A program made the translations under genes and the position numbers. Shown here one piece after another: positions 9,732 to 18,994 of a stretch of 64,000 nucleotides of DNA. Below the pieces are notes generated by a model that saw only the letters and a list, made by a program, of their open reading frames with translations, did no database searches and was not told the origin of the DNA. This DNA comes from an uncultured beta proteobacterium (GTDB taxonomy: Bacteria; Pseudomonadota; Gammaproteobacteria; Burkholderiales; Burkholderiaceae_C), in assembly GCA_903873485.1 (NCBI GenBank), contig CAIQOO010000074.1, forward strand, positions 20,453 through 84,452, in the 5' to 3' direction. Position 1 is the first letter of the stretch. Every line of letters begins with the position of its first letter.

Positions 9732-10541
9732 ATGTCTAACGAAACCCCTCCCGCCCTGCGCCCGCGCACTGTTTTAATCACCGGTGCGGCCAAGCGGCTG
9801 GGCCGCGAAATTGCCCTGACCCTGGCCCGCGAGGGCTGGCGGGTTGCCGTCCACTTTCGCGACTCGGTCGAAGATGCTTCTAAAACTGTAGCTGACTGCG
9901 CAAGACTGGCGGGGGCTAGCGCCTCATTTCGTGCCAATCTGGCAAATGAGACGGCGGTGCGCAACCTGCTGCCCAATGTGATCAGCCAGTTTGGCTATGT
10001 GGATGCGCTGGTCAACAGCGCCTCCACCTTTGAGCATGACACGACCGAAACCTTCAGCTTTGCCGCCATGGAAAAACACATGCGAAGCAATGCCGGTGCG
10101 GCGATTTTGCTCAGCCAGGCGCTGCATGATCACCTGCAAAGCCGTGCTGATGCCAGCGGTGTGGTGATCAACCTGCTGGACCAGAAGCTGTGGAACCCCA
10201 ACCCCGACTTCACCAGCTACACCCTGTCCAAAGCGGCACTTGAGGCGGCCAACACCATGCTGGCGATGGCGCTGGCGCCGCGCATCCGGGTGGTCGGCGT
10301 GGCGCCGGGCCTGACGCTGGCCAGCCACTGGTCCAAACCGGACAACCTAGTCGGTGCGCCGCAACCCGGTATGCTGGAATTTTCTTCCACCGCCAGCGAT
10401 GTTGCCGCCACCGTGGCGTTTGCCTTGAACAACAAGTCGATCAACGGCACCACGCTACTGGTCGATGGCGGCCAGCATCTGGCCCTGCACAATGCCGCCG
10501 CCAATCGGTCGCCTGCAGCCGCCACTGCGCACCATGTCTAA
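9732..10541 (+). CDS. SDR oxidoreductase, pteridine reductase (FolM/PTR1)-like
   Basis: TGAAKRLG, VNSAS, LLDQK, YTLSK. Confidence 0.85.
   Translation: MSNETPPALRPRTVLITGAAKRLGREIALTLAREGWRVAVHFRDSVEDASKTVADCARLAGASASFRANLANETAVRNLLPNVISQFGYVDALVNSASTFEHDTTETFSFAAMEKHMRSNAGAAILLSQALHDHLQSRADASGVVINLLDQKLWNPNPDFTSYTLSKAALEAANTMLAMALAPRIRVVGVAPGLTLASHWSKPDNLVGAPQPGMLEFSSTASDVAATVAFALNNKSINGTTLLVDGGQHLALHNAAANRSPAAATAHHV
9875..9930 (-). repeat. 56-bp dispersed element, copy 3 (inside SDR CDS)
   Basis: reverse complement gaaatgaggcgctagcccccgccagtcttgcgcagtcagctacagttttagaagca. Confidence 0.7.
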
Positions 10542-11334
10542 AAATGTGCTGATCACCGGTGGTGCCCAGCGGCTCGGGTCGCTGCTGTGCCGCTGCTTTG
10601 CCCAGGCTGGCTGGCAGGTCTGGTGCCATTACCACCGGTCGGATGCAGCGGCTGAACTGCTGCGGGCTGAACTGCAGCAGCAGGGCTGGTCGATGCAGAC
10701 AATTGCCGCCGATCTGGCGGATCAGGCACAACGCCAGGCGATGATGCGCCAGATCATGGCGACATCGGGTCCGCTGCATTGCCTGGTCAACAATGCGTCG
10801 AGCTTTGAGCCAGACAGCGCCACTGCCTTTGACCTGAATGCAGCGCGCGGGCAACTCGAAGTCAATCTGCTGGCCCCGATGGCGCTGTCGGCCCTGATGG
10901 CCGAAACACTGCCGCAGCATGACCCGACCGGTGCACGCAGCATCATTCATCTGCTCGATCAAAAGGTGTTCAACCTGAATCCGGACTATTTTTCTTACAC
11001 CCTGTCCAAACTGGCGCTGGAGCGCGCGGTGGCGCTGCAAGCGCAGGCGCTGGCACCCCGGCTGCGGGTTTGTGGCGTGGCACCAGGCCTGATGTTTTTG
11101 AGCGGTCCGCAAACCCAAGACAACTTTGACCAGGCCAGCCGGATCAACCTGATGCGCCAGCCGACCGATCCAGGACAAGTTGCCGCAAGCTGCCTGTTTC
11201 TGGCCGACAACCCCTGCATCACCGGCGTGACGCTGGCGGTGGACAATGGCCAGCACCTGATCCCCTTGCCGCGCGACGTGATGTTTGTCGTGCAAGACCT
11301 GCTCAAAGATGCCCGATGCATAACACCGACCTGA
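10534..11334 (+). CDS. second pteridine reductase-like SDR
   Basis: TGGAQRLG, VNNAS, LLDQK, YTLSK, VDNGQHL; overlaps the upstream SDR stop. Confidence 0.88.
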   Translation: MSKNVLITGGAQRLGSLLCRCFAQAGWQVWCHYHRSDAAAELLRAELQQQGWSMQTIAADLADQAQRQAMMRQIMATSGPLHCLVNNASSFEPDSATAFDLNAARGQLEVNLLAPMALSALMAETLPQHDPTGARSIIHLLDQKVFNLNPDYFSYTLSKLALERAVALQAQALAPRLRVCGVAPGLMFLSGPQTQDNFDQASRINLMRQPTDPGQVAASCLFLADNPCITGVTLAVDNGQHLIPLPRDVMFVVQDLLKDARCITPT

Positions 11335-11714
11335 GTAACTTGGCGCTGCGTTGCCGCAGGCTGTTTCTGCGTGACCATGTTCTTGACATCATGATCGGTG
11401 CCCATGCTTTTGAAAAAGGCCAGCCGCAGCGGGTGGCCTTCAATGTAGAACTGTTTGTGCCCTATGCACATTCCACGCCGCAAAGTGACTGCCTGGCCGA
11501 GGTGGTGGATTACGATTTTGTGCGTGAAGTGATCGCCCGACGGGTGCGCGTTGGGCACATCGAGTTGCAGGAAACCTTGTGCGACCAGCTTGCCGCCGAG
11601 TTGCTGGCGCATCCGCAAGTGCAGGCGGTGCGCTTGTCAAGCTGCAAACTCGACGTGTACCCCGACTGCGCCGGGGTTGGCGTTGAGGTTTTTCTGATGA
11701 AAGAAGGGCCATGA
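11316..11714 (+). CDS. folB: dihydroneopterin aldolase family protein
   Basis: IGAHAFEKGQPQRV, VDYD, LQETL, KLDVY. Confidence 0.85.
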   Translation: MHNTDLSNLALRCRRLFLRDHVLDIMIGAHAFEKGQPQRVAFNVELFVPYAHSTPQSDCLAEVVDYDFVREVIARRVRVGHIELQETLCDQLAAELLAHPQVQAVRLSSCKLDVYPDCAGVGVEVFLMKEGP

Positions 11715-12085
11715 TGCATGCCATCACCGGTTTGCAGACTCTGACCCTCACCGGGCTGCGTTTTGATGCCAACCTGGGCATTCTGGATGCCGAAAAGACC
11801 GCCCCGCAGCCGATTCAGGTGGATGCCGAACTCAGCCTGGGCGCGCAGCCGCTGCTGCCGCGCGACGACGACATCACCCATGTGCTGGACTACCGCAAGG
11901 TGCGCAAGATCATCATTGATGAATGCACCGCCGAGCATGTCAACCTGCTCGAAACCCTGATTGGCAAGCTGGCCAGCCGGCTGATGCGCCTGCCCGGCGT
12001 GACCGGCGTGCGGGTGAAAATTGCCAAACTGGAGATTTTTGCCGACTGCGAAGTGGCCATCCGGATGGAAGCCGGGCAGTGGTAA
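11711..12085 (+). CDS. folB: second dihydroneopterin aldolase family protein
   Basis: LGILDAEKTAPQPI, LDYRK, LLETL, KLEIF; ATGA overlap with upstream gene. Confidence 0.85.
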   Translation: MMHAITGLQTLTLTGLRFDANLGILDAEKTAPQPIQVDAELSLGAQPLLPRDDDITHVLDYRKVRKIIIDECTAEHVNLLETLIGKLASRLMRLPGVTGVRVKIAKLEIFADCEVAIRMEAGQW

Positions 12086-12179
12086 ACCCGCAAAACATGG
12101 AACCGGATCGGCAGCTATTTATAAATAATCCATTCAAATCAATGTTTTGCAGAAATAAGTCAACAAAATTATTCTGCAT

Positions 12180-12605
12180 TTATAAATTTTTATCCTGCAT
12201 TTTGTCTATCCAAACCCAGCTCGGTGCCTTGCGTGCGCCGATGTTGCTGATCTTGCCGGCACGCCGCATGTTGCTTAGCAGATTGCTGATTTTGTTGCGC
12301 TTTTGCGCTGCATCCAAAACATCGCTCAACTTGTCCCACAGCAGTTTTTCAATCTCCAAGCGGGGCGATGCGCCAAATTGGGTGAGGTAGTCTTGCACCA
12401 GTCGGGCATAAAACGCATCGTCTTGTGCGCGGGTGCGGATGTATTCGGCCTTGCTGGCGGTCGCTGTGGCCACGCTGGCAGAGACATACAGGTGCGGTTT
12501 ACGGCCTTCGACCAACCTGGCTCGCCGCAAGTGTTTCACTACGGAATCGTCCAGCGGCAACTGTTTTTGAACCCGATCAAGCGCCAAAATATCAGCCAGT
12601 GACAT
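12180..12605 (-). pseudogene. 3' fragment of a larger DNA-binding/ATP-binding protein (resembles the C-terminus of AlbA_2/RecG-C-like proteins)
   Basis: [12 protein letters not shown]...EGRKPHLYVSASVA...EYIRTRAQDD...LWDKLSD...NKISNLLSNMRRAGKI; no N-terminal domains; opposite strand to flanking operon; family call from memory. Confidence 0.6.
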
Positions 12606-12734
12606 GCCGTGTTGGCCTATTCTGCCCATCTGGCTGGCGCGCAAGCTATCATCACCCGCAACCTGCGCGACTTTGCCAAAAGCCCCGTGCGCGCATACAC
12701 CCCGGCCCAATTTTTGGTCCTGCAAACCCCATAA
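12606..12734 (+). pseudogene. 3' remnant of a PIN-domain toxin gene (not in ORF track)
   Basis: Manual translation [42 protein letters not shown]-stop; IxTRNxxDF is the PIN C-terminal motif; no start codon. Confidence 0.75.
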
Positions 12735-12741
12735 AGAACCC

Positions 12742-13743
12742 ATGAACGCTCTCTGGCCCGATACCGAAGCCGTTGCCGACGTGCAAGACGACGGACCCCG
12801 CGACACCACGGCTGCGACATTGGCATCTACCTGCGCCAAAGAATCCAAAAACGAACGCAATGCAACGCTGCGCGCCGCGCGTGAAATCAACAAGCTCGAA
12901 AAACGCCTGTGCCGCCAAGTGGGCCAGGCCATCATCGACTTCAACATGATCGAAGCGGGCGACCGGGTGATGGTCTGCATCAGTGGTGGCAAGGACAGCT
13001 TTGGCCTCCTGGACATCCTGCTGAAGCTGCAAAAGCGCGCACCAATCAACTTCGAGATTGTGGCGGTCAACCTGGACCAGAAACAACCCGGTTTTCCGGC
13101 GCATATCCTGCCCGACTACTTGCGCCAGCTCGGTATCGAGTACCACATTGAGACCCAAGACACCTACAGCATCGTCAAAAAAGTGGTGCCCGAGGGCAAA
13201 ACCATGTGCAGCCTGTGCAGCCGGCTGCGCCGAGGCATCTTGTACCGGGTCGCCGACCAGCTCAAGATCAGCAAAATCGCGCTGGGCCACCACCGCGACG
13301 ATATGCTGCACACCTTCTTTTTGAACCTGTTTTTTGCCGGCAAGCTCAAGGGCATGCCGCCCAAGCTGGTCAGCGACGACGGCGGTCACATCGTGATCCG
13401 ACCGCTGGCCCATGTGAATGAAAAAGACCTGATCCGCTGGGCCGCGCACCGGCAGTTTCCGATCATCCCGTGCAGCCTGTGCGGCAGCCAGGAAAACCTG
13501 CAACGCCAGGAAATCAAGCGCATGGTGCAGCAGTGGGAGCGCCAATACCCGGGCCGCACCGAGACCATGTTCACCGCGCTGCAAAATGTCGTGCCGTCAC
13601 ACCTGATGGATGCCCGGCGTTATGATTTCAAGGGCATCCAGATCACCGGCGCAGCCGATGCAGACGGTGACCGGGTGTTTGATGAGCAAGCGTTCCCGCT
13701 GCCCGCCTTGTCTGGTGTTGGTGTGGTGCAGTTTGGGGTTTAA
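12742..13743 (+). CDS. ttcA: tRNA 2-thiocytidine(32) synthetase
   Basis: SGGKDS PP-loop, [24 protein letters not shown]. Confidence 0.97.
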   Translation: MNALWPDTEAVADVQDDGPRDTTAATLASTCAKESKNERNATLRAAREINKLEKRLCRQVGQAIIDFNMIEAGDRVMVCISGGKDSFGLLDILLKLQKRAPINFEIVAVNLDQKQPGFPAHILPDYLRQLGIEYHIETQDTYSIVKKVVPEGKTMCSLCSRLRRGILYRVADQLKISKIALGHHRDDMLHTFFLNLFFAGKLKGMPPKLVSDDGGHIVIRPLAHVNEKDLIRWAAHRQFPIIPCSLCGSQENLQRQEIKRMVQQWERQYPGRTETMFTALQNVVPSHLMDARRYDFKGIQITGAADADGDRVFDEQAFPLPALSGVGVVQFGV

Positions 13744-13747
13744 GTAC

Positions 13748-13803
13748 CAAATAACCTTCTAGCCCTTATGAATAAAGCGTTGATAGCTATATTTATAGTA
13801 GCA
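13748..13803 (+). repeat. 56-bp dispersed element, copy 4 (supplies start of lipoprotein gene)
   Basis: caaataaccttctagcccttatgaataaagcgttgatagctatatttatagtagca; contains ATG 13768. Confidence 0.85.
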
Positions 13804-14352
13804 AGTTCAGTCTCTGGCTGCACCGGTGTGCGGTTGGTGGACAACCAGGTCAGCAGTTTTGCAGCCAGATCCGTGGCGCCTGGTTCGAGCTACCGCTTTG
13901 AACGTCTGCCGTCGCAGCAGGCCGAGGCCGCCACGCAAGACCGTCTTGAGCGCAGCGCCGAGGCGGCGCTGGCCCGGGTTGGTCTCAAGCGGGCCGATAC
14001 GTCGGCCACGCTGATCGCCCAGGTTTTGTTGACGCAGCGGGTCGAGATCGGCTCCATCGATCGGCCCGCGTTTGGCTGGGGTTTTGGCTGGTTCGGCCGC
14101 CACGGTGGCATCAGCCTGGGCCACGGGCCGCTGTTTCCGGGGCTCGATGAGCGGCCCAATTATTGGCGCGAGGTGCGCCTGACCCTGCGCGATGTAGCGA
14201 CCCAAACCGTGGTGTTCGAGACCCGCGCCAGCCACGACGGCCCCTGGTCTGACAGCACGGCGATTGTGCCGGCCATGCTCGATGCGGCGCTGCAGGGCTT
14301 TCCCGATCCCCCGCAAGGCGAGCGGCGCGTCAATATCGAAATTGCCCGCTGA
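13768..14352 (+). CDS. DUF4136-like lipoprotein
   Basis: Signal peptide ending in lipobox VSGC; YxF-ERLPSQ, Gly-rich loop, VFETRA, AMLDAALQGFP. Confidence 0.75.
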   Translation: MNKALIAIFIVASSVSGCTGVRLVDNQVSSFAARSVAPGSSYRFERLPSQQAEAATQDRLERSAEAALARVGLKRADTSATLIAQVLLTQRVEIGSIDRPAFGWGFGWFGRHGGISLGHGPLFPGLDERPNYWREVRLTLRDVATQTVVFETRASHDGPWSDSTAIVPAMLDAALQGFPDPPQGERRVNIEIAR

Positions 14353-14488
14353 GGCTGCCGCTTTGGCCGGTTCAGAGTCGCACATCTCGGGCGACTCTGC
14401 CGGATGTCATATTTCGTTTGTATGATCGGTGGGGTCGCCAGCCTGTTTTTGCCGCCGGGATTGTCGGCAAACCATTGAGTTCCTTGCC

Positions 14489-15796
14489 ATGCCCACAGAA
14501 GATACCCGCTCCGAAACCATTGATGTCACGCAGTTGCGGGTGGGCATGTACATCGAGCTTGAACTTGGCTGGATGGCGCATCCGTTTCCCACCGGCAGCT
14601 TCAAGATCAGCTCCGACAAGCAGATTGACGTGATTCGCGGGCTGGGGCTTAAACAGATTCGCTACATCCCCGGCAAAAGCGACCTTATGACGATCGCCGA
14701 ACCGGTTGCAGCGGCAGAGCCGACAGCCGCCGAGCCAACCGAAGCCGCCCCGGTTCGCGCTGACGCACAGACGCGCGACTTGCAATTGCGCAAGCAACGT
14801 AGCGACATGCTGGGCGCGCAGCAACGCGAGTTGATCGCCTGCGAGCGGCGTTACAGCCAGACGGTTCGGGCCTACAAACAGGTCATCGAGCAGGTGGAAA
14901 GCCAGCCGGTCAAGGTCATGGAGCAATGCCGCGACATGGTCGCGGGCTTTGTCAGCGAACTGCTCGGCGCCGGGGAATCGGCGATCCGATTGCTGTCGGA
15001 CGGCATGGGCGACAAGCTGGCCCTGCATCCGGTCAATGTCAGTGTCATCGCGCTGCTGCTGGGCAAATACATGGGCTTGCCAGCGGACGAGATGGCTGAC
15101 TTGGGGATGGCGGCTTTTTTGCATGATATCGGCAAATTGCAGTTGCCTGAGCGGGTGCGCTGGCAGGAAGACAACTTCTCCAGCGCCGAGCAAAAGATGT
15201 ACCAGCAGCATGTGGTCATGGGCGTGGCGCTGGCCAGACGTATGGAACTCGCGCCCGGTGCGCTGCAAGCCATTGCGCAACACCACGAGATGGTCGATGG
15301 CAGCGGTTTTCCGGCCCGGCTCAAAGGCGATGTGCTGTCGCGGCCGGCCAAGGTGCTGGCGCTGGTGGACCGCTACGAAACCCTGTGCAACCCAAGTCGG
15401 TCGACTGCGGCAGTCACCCCGCATGAGGCGCTGGCGCTGATTTTTGCGCAATTGAAACCGCGTTTCGATGCCACCGTGCTGGGTGCCTTCATTCGCATGA
15501 TGGGGGTGTATCCACCCGGCTCGATCGTGCAACTGACCGATGAGCGCTATGCCATGGTGGTGTCGGTCAACTCGTCACGGCCACTCAAGCCACGCATCAT
15601 CGTTTTTGAGGCGCGGGTGTCCAAGCACGAAGCGCTGATGCTGGACCTGGAGAGCCAGCCCGAGCTGGGCATTCGGCGCAGCCTCAAGCCAGCCAGCTTG
15701 CCGCGTGCGGCGATGGATTATTTGTCGCCACGTCAGCGCATCTGTTATTTTTTCGAGCGCGCCATTGACCCGCCAATGGAAGGGGCCGGGCCGTGA
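14489..15796 (+). CDS. HD-GYP c-di-GMP phosphodiesterase with DUF3391-like N-terminus
   Basis: LRVGMYIEL...WMAHPF N-terminus, HDIGK, HHE..DGSGFP. Confidence 0.9.
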   Translation: MPTEDTRSETIDVTQLRVGMYIELELGWMAHPFPTGSFKISSDKQIDVIRGLGLKQIRYIPGKSDLMTIAEPVAAAEPTAAEPTEAAPVRADAQTRDLQLRKQRSDMLGAQQRELIACERRYSQTVRAYKQVIEQVESQPVKVMEQCRDMVAGFVSELLGAGESAIRLLSDGMGDKLALHPVNVSVIALLLGKYMGLPADEMADLGMAAFLHDIGKLQLPERVRWQEDNFSSAEQKMYQQHVVMGVALARRMELAPGALQAIAQHHEMVDGSGFPARLKGDVLSRPAKVLALVDRYETLCNPSRSTAAVTPHEALALIFAQLKPRFDATVLGAFIRMMGVYPPGSIVQLTDERYAMVVSVNSSRPLKPRIIVFEARVSKHEALMLDLESQPELGIRRSLKPASLPRAAMDYLSPRQRICYFFERAIDPPMEGAGP

Positions 15797-18207
15797 AACG
15801 CATCGCCTGGGCACCGCTGATTGACGGCCTGCTGGAGTCGGTCTGGCTGGTGGACCCGGTCAGTCTGCGGATTCTGGCGGTCAACCAGTCCGCTTGTGAT
15901 CTGATTGGCCTGAGCAGGGAGGAACTGGTGGGCAAGCTGGTGGTTGATTTGGCAGCAACGCCGCAAGACCAGTTTTTTTGGGAAGACGTGGCCGCCGGGC
16001 AAGCCGATGGCATTCACTCGGAAACCTTGTTGCGCGCTGCCGATGGCATGCCGGTGGCGGTTGATCGCCGGGTCAGCCGGGTCTGGCCCGAGGCCGATCG
16101 GGCGGTTTATCTGGTCGGCATCCATGACTTGCGCCAGCAACGCCGGGCCGAAAACGAGCTGGAAAAACTGGTAGCCGAACTGCGTGCCACGCTGGAGTCC
16201 ACCGCCGATGGCATTTTGGTCAGTGACCTGAGTGGCGATATCCGCAACTACAACCGGCACTTTGCCAAGCTGTGGAATGTGCCGCAAGAGCTGCTGCTCA
16301 ACCGCAATGACCAGGCCTTGTACGCCCATCTGGCCAGCCAGGTCAGCGATGCGGAAGGTTATCAGCAGCGGTTGCGGCAGATTGAAGAAAACCCCTTGCT
16401 CGATGCCACCGACATTCTGCTGTTGGTCAGCGGCTGCGTGCTGGAGCGGGTGACGCGGCCGCAATACAGCCGGGGTCACCCGACCGGACGGGTGTTTTGT
16501 TTTCGCGACATCACCCAGCATCTGATGCAGCAGTCCCAGCTCAAGCTTGCCGCCAAGGTGTTTGAGTCGAGTCTGGAGGCGATTTTCATCACCAGCCCGG
16601 AGTTTTTGATTCTCGCCGTCAATCCGGCCTGCGAGGCCCTGACCCAGTGCCCGCAGCACCAGTTGATTGGCGCCTCGCCCGACGACTTCTTCCATGATCC
16701 GCATGACCCGCTGTTCATGGCCACCGTGCAGGGCAAGCTCAAAGAGCATGGTTTTTGGCGTGGCCGGATCTGGATTCGACAAAACGCCGAGACCGTCTGC
16801 GCGGCACAGGCATCCTGGGTGTTGCTGCGCGATGATCAGGGCCGGGTGTTGCACACCGTCGGTTTTTTCCGCGATTTGACCGAAGAGCTGGCCGCGCAAA
16901 AGCGCATCGAGCAACTGGCCTACAACGATGTCCTGACCGGCTTGCCCAATCGCTTGCTGCTGTCGCAGCGGGCCGAGTTTGCCTTGCGGCTGGTCGAGCG
17001 CAGCGGTGGCGCGTGCGGTGTTTTCTTTATCGATCTGGACCGATTCAAGAATATCAACGACTCGATGGGCCACACCTTTGGCGACCGGGTGCTGGTCGAT
17101 GTGGCCGGGCGTCTCAGGCATTGCCTGCGCGATGTCGATACTTTGTGCCGGCTTGGTGGCGACGAGTTTGTGATCTTTGTGCAAGACATTGACGGCCATG
17201 GTGCCGAGGTGCTGGCGCGGCGCATTCTGGACGGCATGGGGCAGGCTTTCCAGATTGACGGCATGAGCTTTTCGGTCGGCTGCAGCATGGGCATTGCCAT
17301 GTACCCGGCGGACGGCAAAACGCTCGATGCCCTGATCAAGTGTGCCGATACCGCCATGTACCTGGTGAAAGCGCGCGGGCGCGGCAGCTTCCGGTTTTAC
17401 CAGCCGCAGATGAACGTGAACTTGTTGTCGCACATCAAGATTGACCATGCCATGCGCCGGGCCATGGAGCAGGGTCTGTTCCGGCTGCACTACCAGCCGC
17501 AGATTTCGCTGGCCAGCGGCGCCTTGCTTGGCGCCGAGGCGCTGATTCGCTGGCTCGATGCCGACCTGGGCAATATGTCGCCCGCGCTGTTTATTCCGCT
17601 GGCCGAAGAGTCGGGTTTCATCACCACCATTGGCACCTGGGTGCTCGAAGAGGCGGTGCGTCAGGCGGTGCTGTGGCAAAACGCCGGAACACCGGTGACG
17701 GTGTCGATCAACGTCTCGGCACTGCAATTTCAACAGGCCGATTTCATCGAAACGGTGGCCGTTGTGATCAAGGCCGCTGCGCTCGCGCCGCATCTGCTGG
17801 AGCTGGAGTTGACCGAGTCGATTCTGATCCAGGATGCCCATGAAACCCTGAACCGCCTGCACGCGCTGGCGGCATTGGGCGTGACGATGTCGATTGATGA
17901 CTTTGGCACCGGCTACTCCAGCCTGGCCTATCTGAAAAAGTTCCCGATCTCCAAGCTCAAGATTGACCGCTCCTTTGTCATCGGTCTGCCCGACGACGAG
18001 GGTGACCGGGCGATTGTCAGCGCCACCATTGGCATGGCACGCGGGCTTAAGCTCAAGGTGGTGGCCGAAGGGGTCGAGACGCTGGCGCAGCACGACTACC
18101 TGGCTGGCCTGGGGTGTGAATCTTTTCAGGGGTTTTTGTGCTCGCCGGGCCTGCCCGCCTTGCAGTTTGAGGCCTTGATGGCGGGCTTGCCGAAACACCC
18201 GCGCTAA
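15793..18207 (+). CDS. multi-PAS GGDEF-EAL protein
   Basis: Several PAS-like segments, DxLTGLPNR, GGDEF, EAL, DDFGTGYSSL, EGVET. Confidence 0.95.
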   Translation: MKRIAWAPLIDGLLESVWLVDPVSLRILAVNQSACDLIGLSREELVGKLVVDLAATPQDQFFWEDVAAGQADGIHSETLLRAADGMPVAVDRRVSRVWPEADRAVYLVGIHDLRQQRRAENELEKLVAELRATLESTADGILVSDLSGDIRNYNRHFAKLWNVPQELLLNRNDQALYAHLASQVSDAEGYQQRLRQIEENPLLDATDILLLVSGCVLERVTRPQYSRGHPTGRVFCFRDITQHLMQQSQLKLAAKVFESSLEAIFITSPEFLILAVNPACEALTQCPQHQLIGASPDDFFHDPHDPLFMATVQGKLKEHGFWRGRIWIRQNAETVCAAQASWVLLRDDQGRVLHTVGFFRDLTEELAAQKRIEQLAYNDVLTGLPNRLLLSQRAEFALRLVERSGGACGVFFIDLDRFKNINDSMGHTFGDRVLVDVAGRLRHCLRDVDTLCRLGGDEFVIFVQDIDGHGAEVLARRILDGMGQAFQIDGMSFSVGCSMGIAMYPADGKTLDALIKCADTAMYLVKARGRGSFRFYQPQMNVNLLSHIKIDHAMRRAMEQGLFRLHYQPQISLASGALLGAEALIRWLDADLGNMSPALFIPLAEESGFITTIGTWVLEEAVRQAVLWQNAGTPVTVSINVSALQFQQADFIETVAVVIKAAALAPHLLELELTESILIQDAHETLNRLHALAALGVTMSIDDFGTGYSSLAYLKKFPISKLKIDRSFVIGLPDDEGDRAIVSATIGMARGLKLKVVAEGVETLAQHDYLAGLGCESFQGFLCSPGLPALQFEALMAGLPKHPR

Positions 18208-18244
18208 CCGCCAGGGGCCTGTCCAAATCGCTACAATTCAATAC

Positions 18245-18300
18245 AAAATTGACCTCTAGCCCTTATGGAACAAGCGTAGCTAGCTCTATTTTTAATAGCA
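18245..18300 (+). repeat. 56-bp dispersed element, copy 5 (intergenic)
   Basis: caaaattgacctctagcccttatggaacaagcgtagctagctctatttttaatagca. Confidence 0.85.
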
Positions 18301-18322
18301 ATTTCTGATTCACACCGATCTC

Positions 18323-18961
18323 ATGCAAGCCACCCGCATCATTGCCATCCGCCACGGCGAAACCGCCTGGAACGTCGTCACCCGACTGCAAGGTCATCTC
18401 GACATTGCCTTGAACGAGGTCGGCCTGTGGCAGGCTGGCCGGGTGGCGCAGGCGCTGGCTGACGAGTCGATCGACACCATTTATACCAGCGACTTGCAGC
18501 GTGCCCGGCAAACGGCCCAGGCGATTGCCGAGGTGGCAGGCTGTCCGGTGATTGCCGACGCGGGGCTGCGCGAGCGCGGTTTTGGCCAGTTTGAGGGCCA
18601 AACCCATGCCGAAATCGAATCCGCCTGGCCCGAGATGTCGCTGCAATGGCGCAGACGCGATCCGCTGTGGGCACCGCCCGGCGGCGAATCGCTGACCACC
18701 ATGCGCGAGCGGGTGCTGGGCACCGCATCGGCGCTGGCGGCCCGGCACATTGGCGGCCAGATTGTGCTGGTGGCCCACGGCGGCGTGATGGACATCCTGT
18801 ACCGCCTGGCCACCGGCCAGGAGTTGCAGGCCCCGCGCTCCTGGAACCTGACCAATGCCGCCATCAACCGCCTGCTCTGGACCCCCGAGGGCTTTACCGT
18901 GGTCGGCTGGGCCGACACCGGCCATCTGGAAAACAGCAGTCTGGATGAAGCCATCACCTGA
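18323..18961 (+). CDS. histidine phosphatase / phosphoglycerate mutase family protein
   Basis: RHGETAWN, SDLQRA, LRERGFG, VAHGG. Confidence 0.92.
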   Translation: MQATRIIAIRHGETAWNVVTRLQGHLDIALNEVGLWQAGRVAQALADESIDTIYTSDLQRARQTAQAIAEVAGCPVIADAGLRERGFGQFEGQTHAEIESAWPEMSLQWRRRDPLWAPPGGESLTTMRERVLGTASALAARHIGGQIVLVAHGGVMDILYRLATGQELQAPRSWNLTNAAINRLLWTPEGFTVVGWADTGHLENSSLDEAIT

Positions 18962-18994
18962 TGCGGCCATGTCAGCGCGATTGATGCCAGCCCG

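Noticed and set aside
14373-14399. Hairpin cagagtcgc/gcgactctg before the HD-GYP gene as a terminator or c-di-GMP riboswitch
   Set aside because: No U-tract and no recognisable riboswitch consensus; a single 9-bp stem is too weak to call.
15745-18198. Long antisense ORFs (also 45496-47487, 33805-35112, 4393-5640 and many others)
   Set aside because: Shadow frames of well-supported GC-rich genes on the opposite strand; no motifs.
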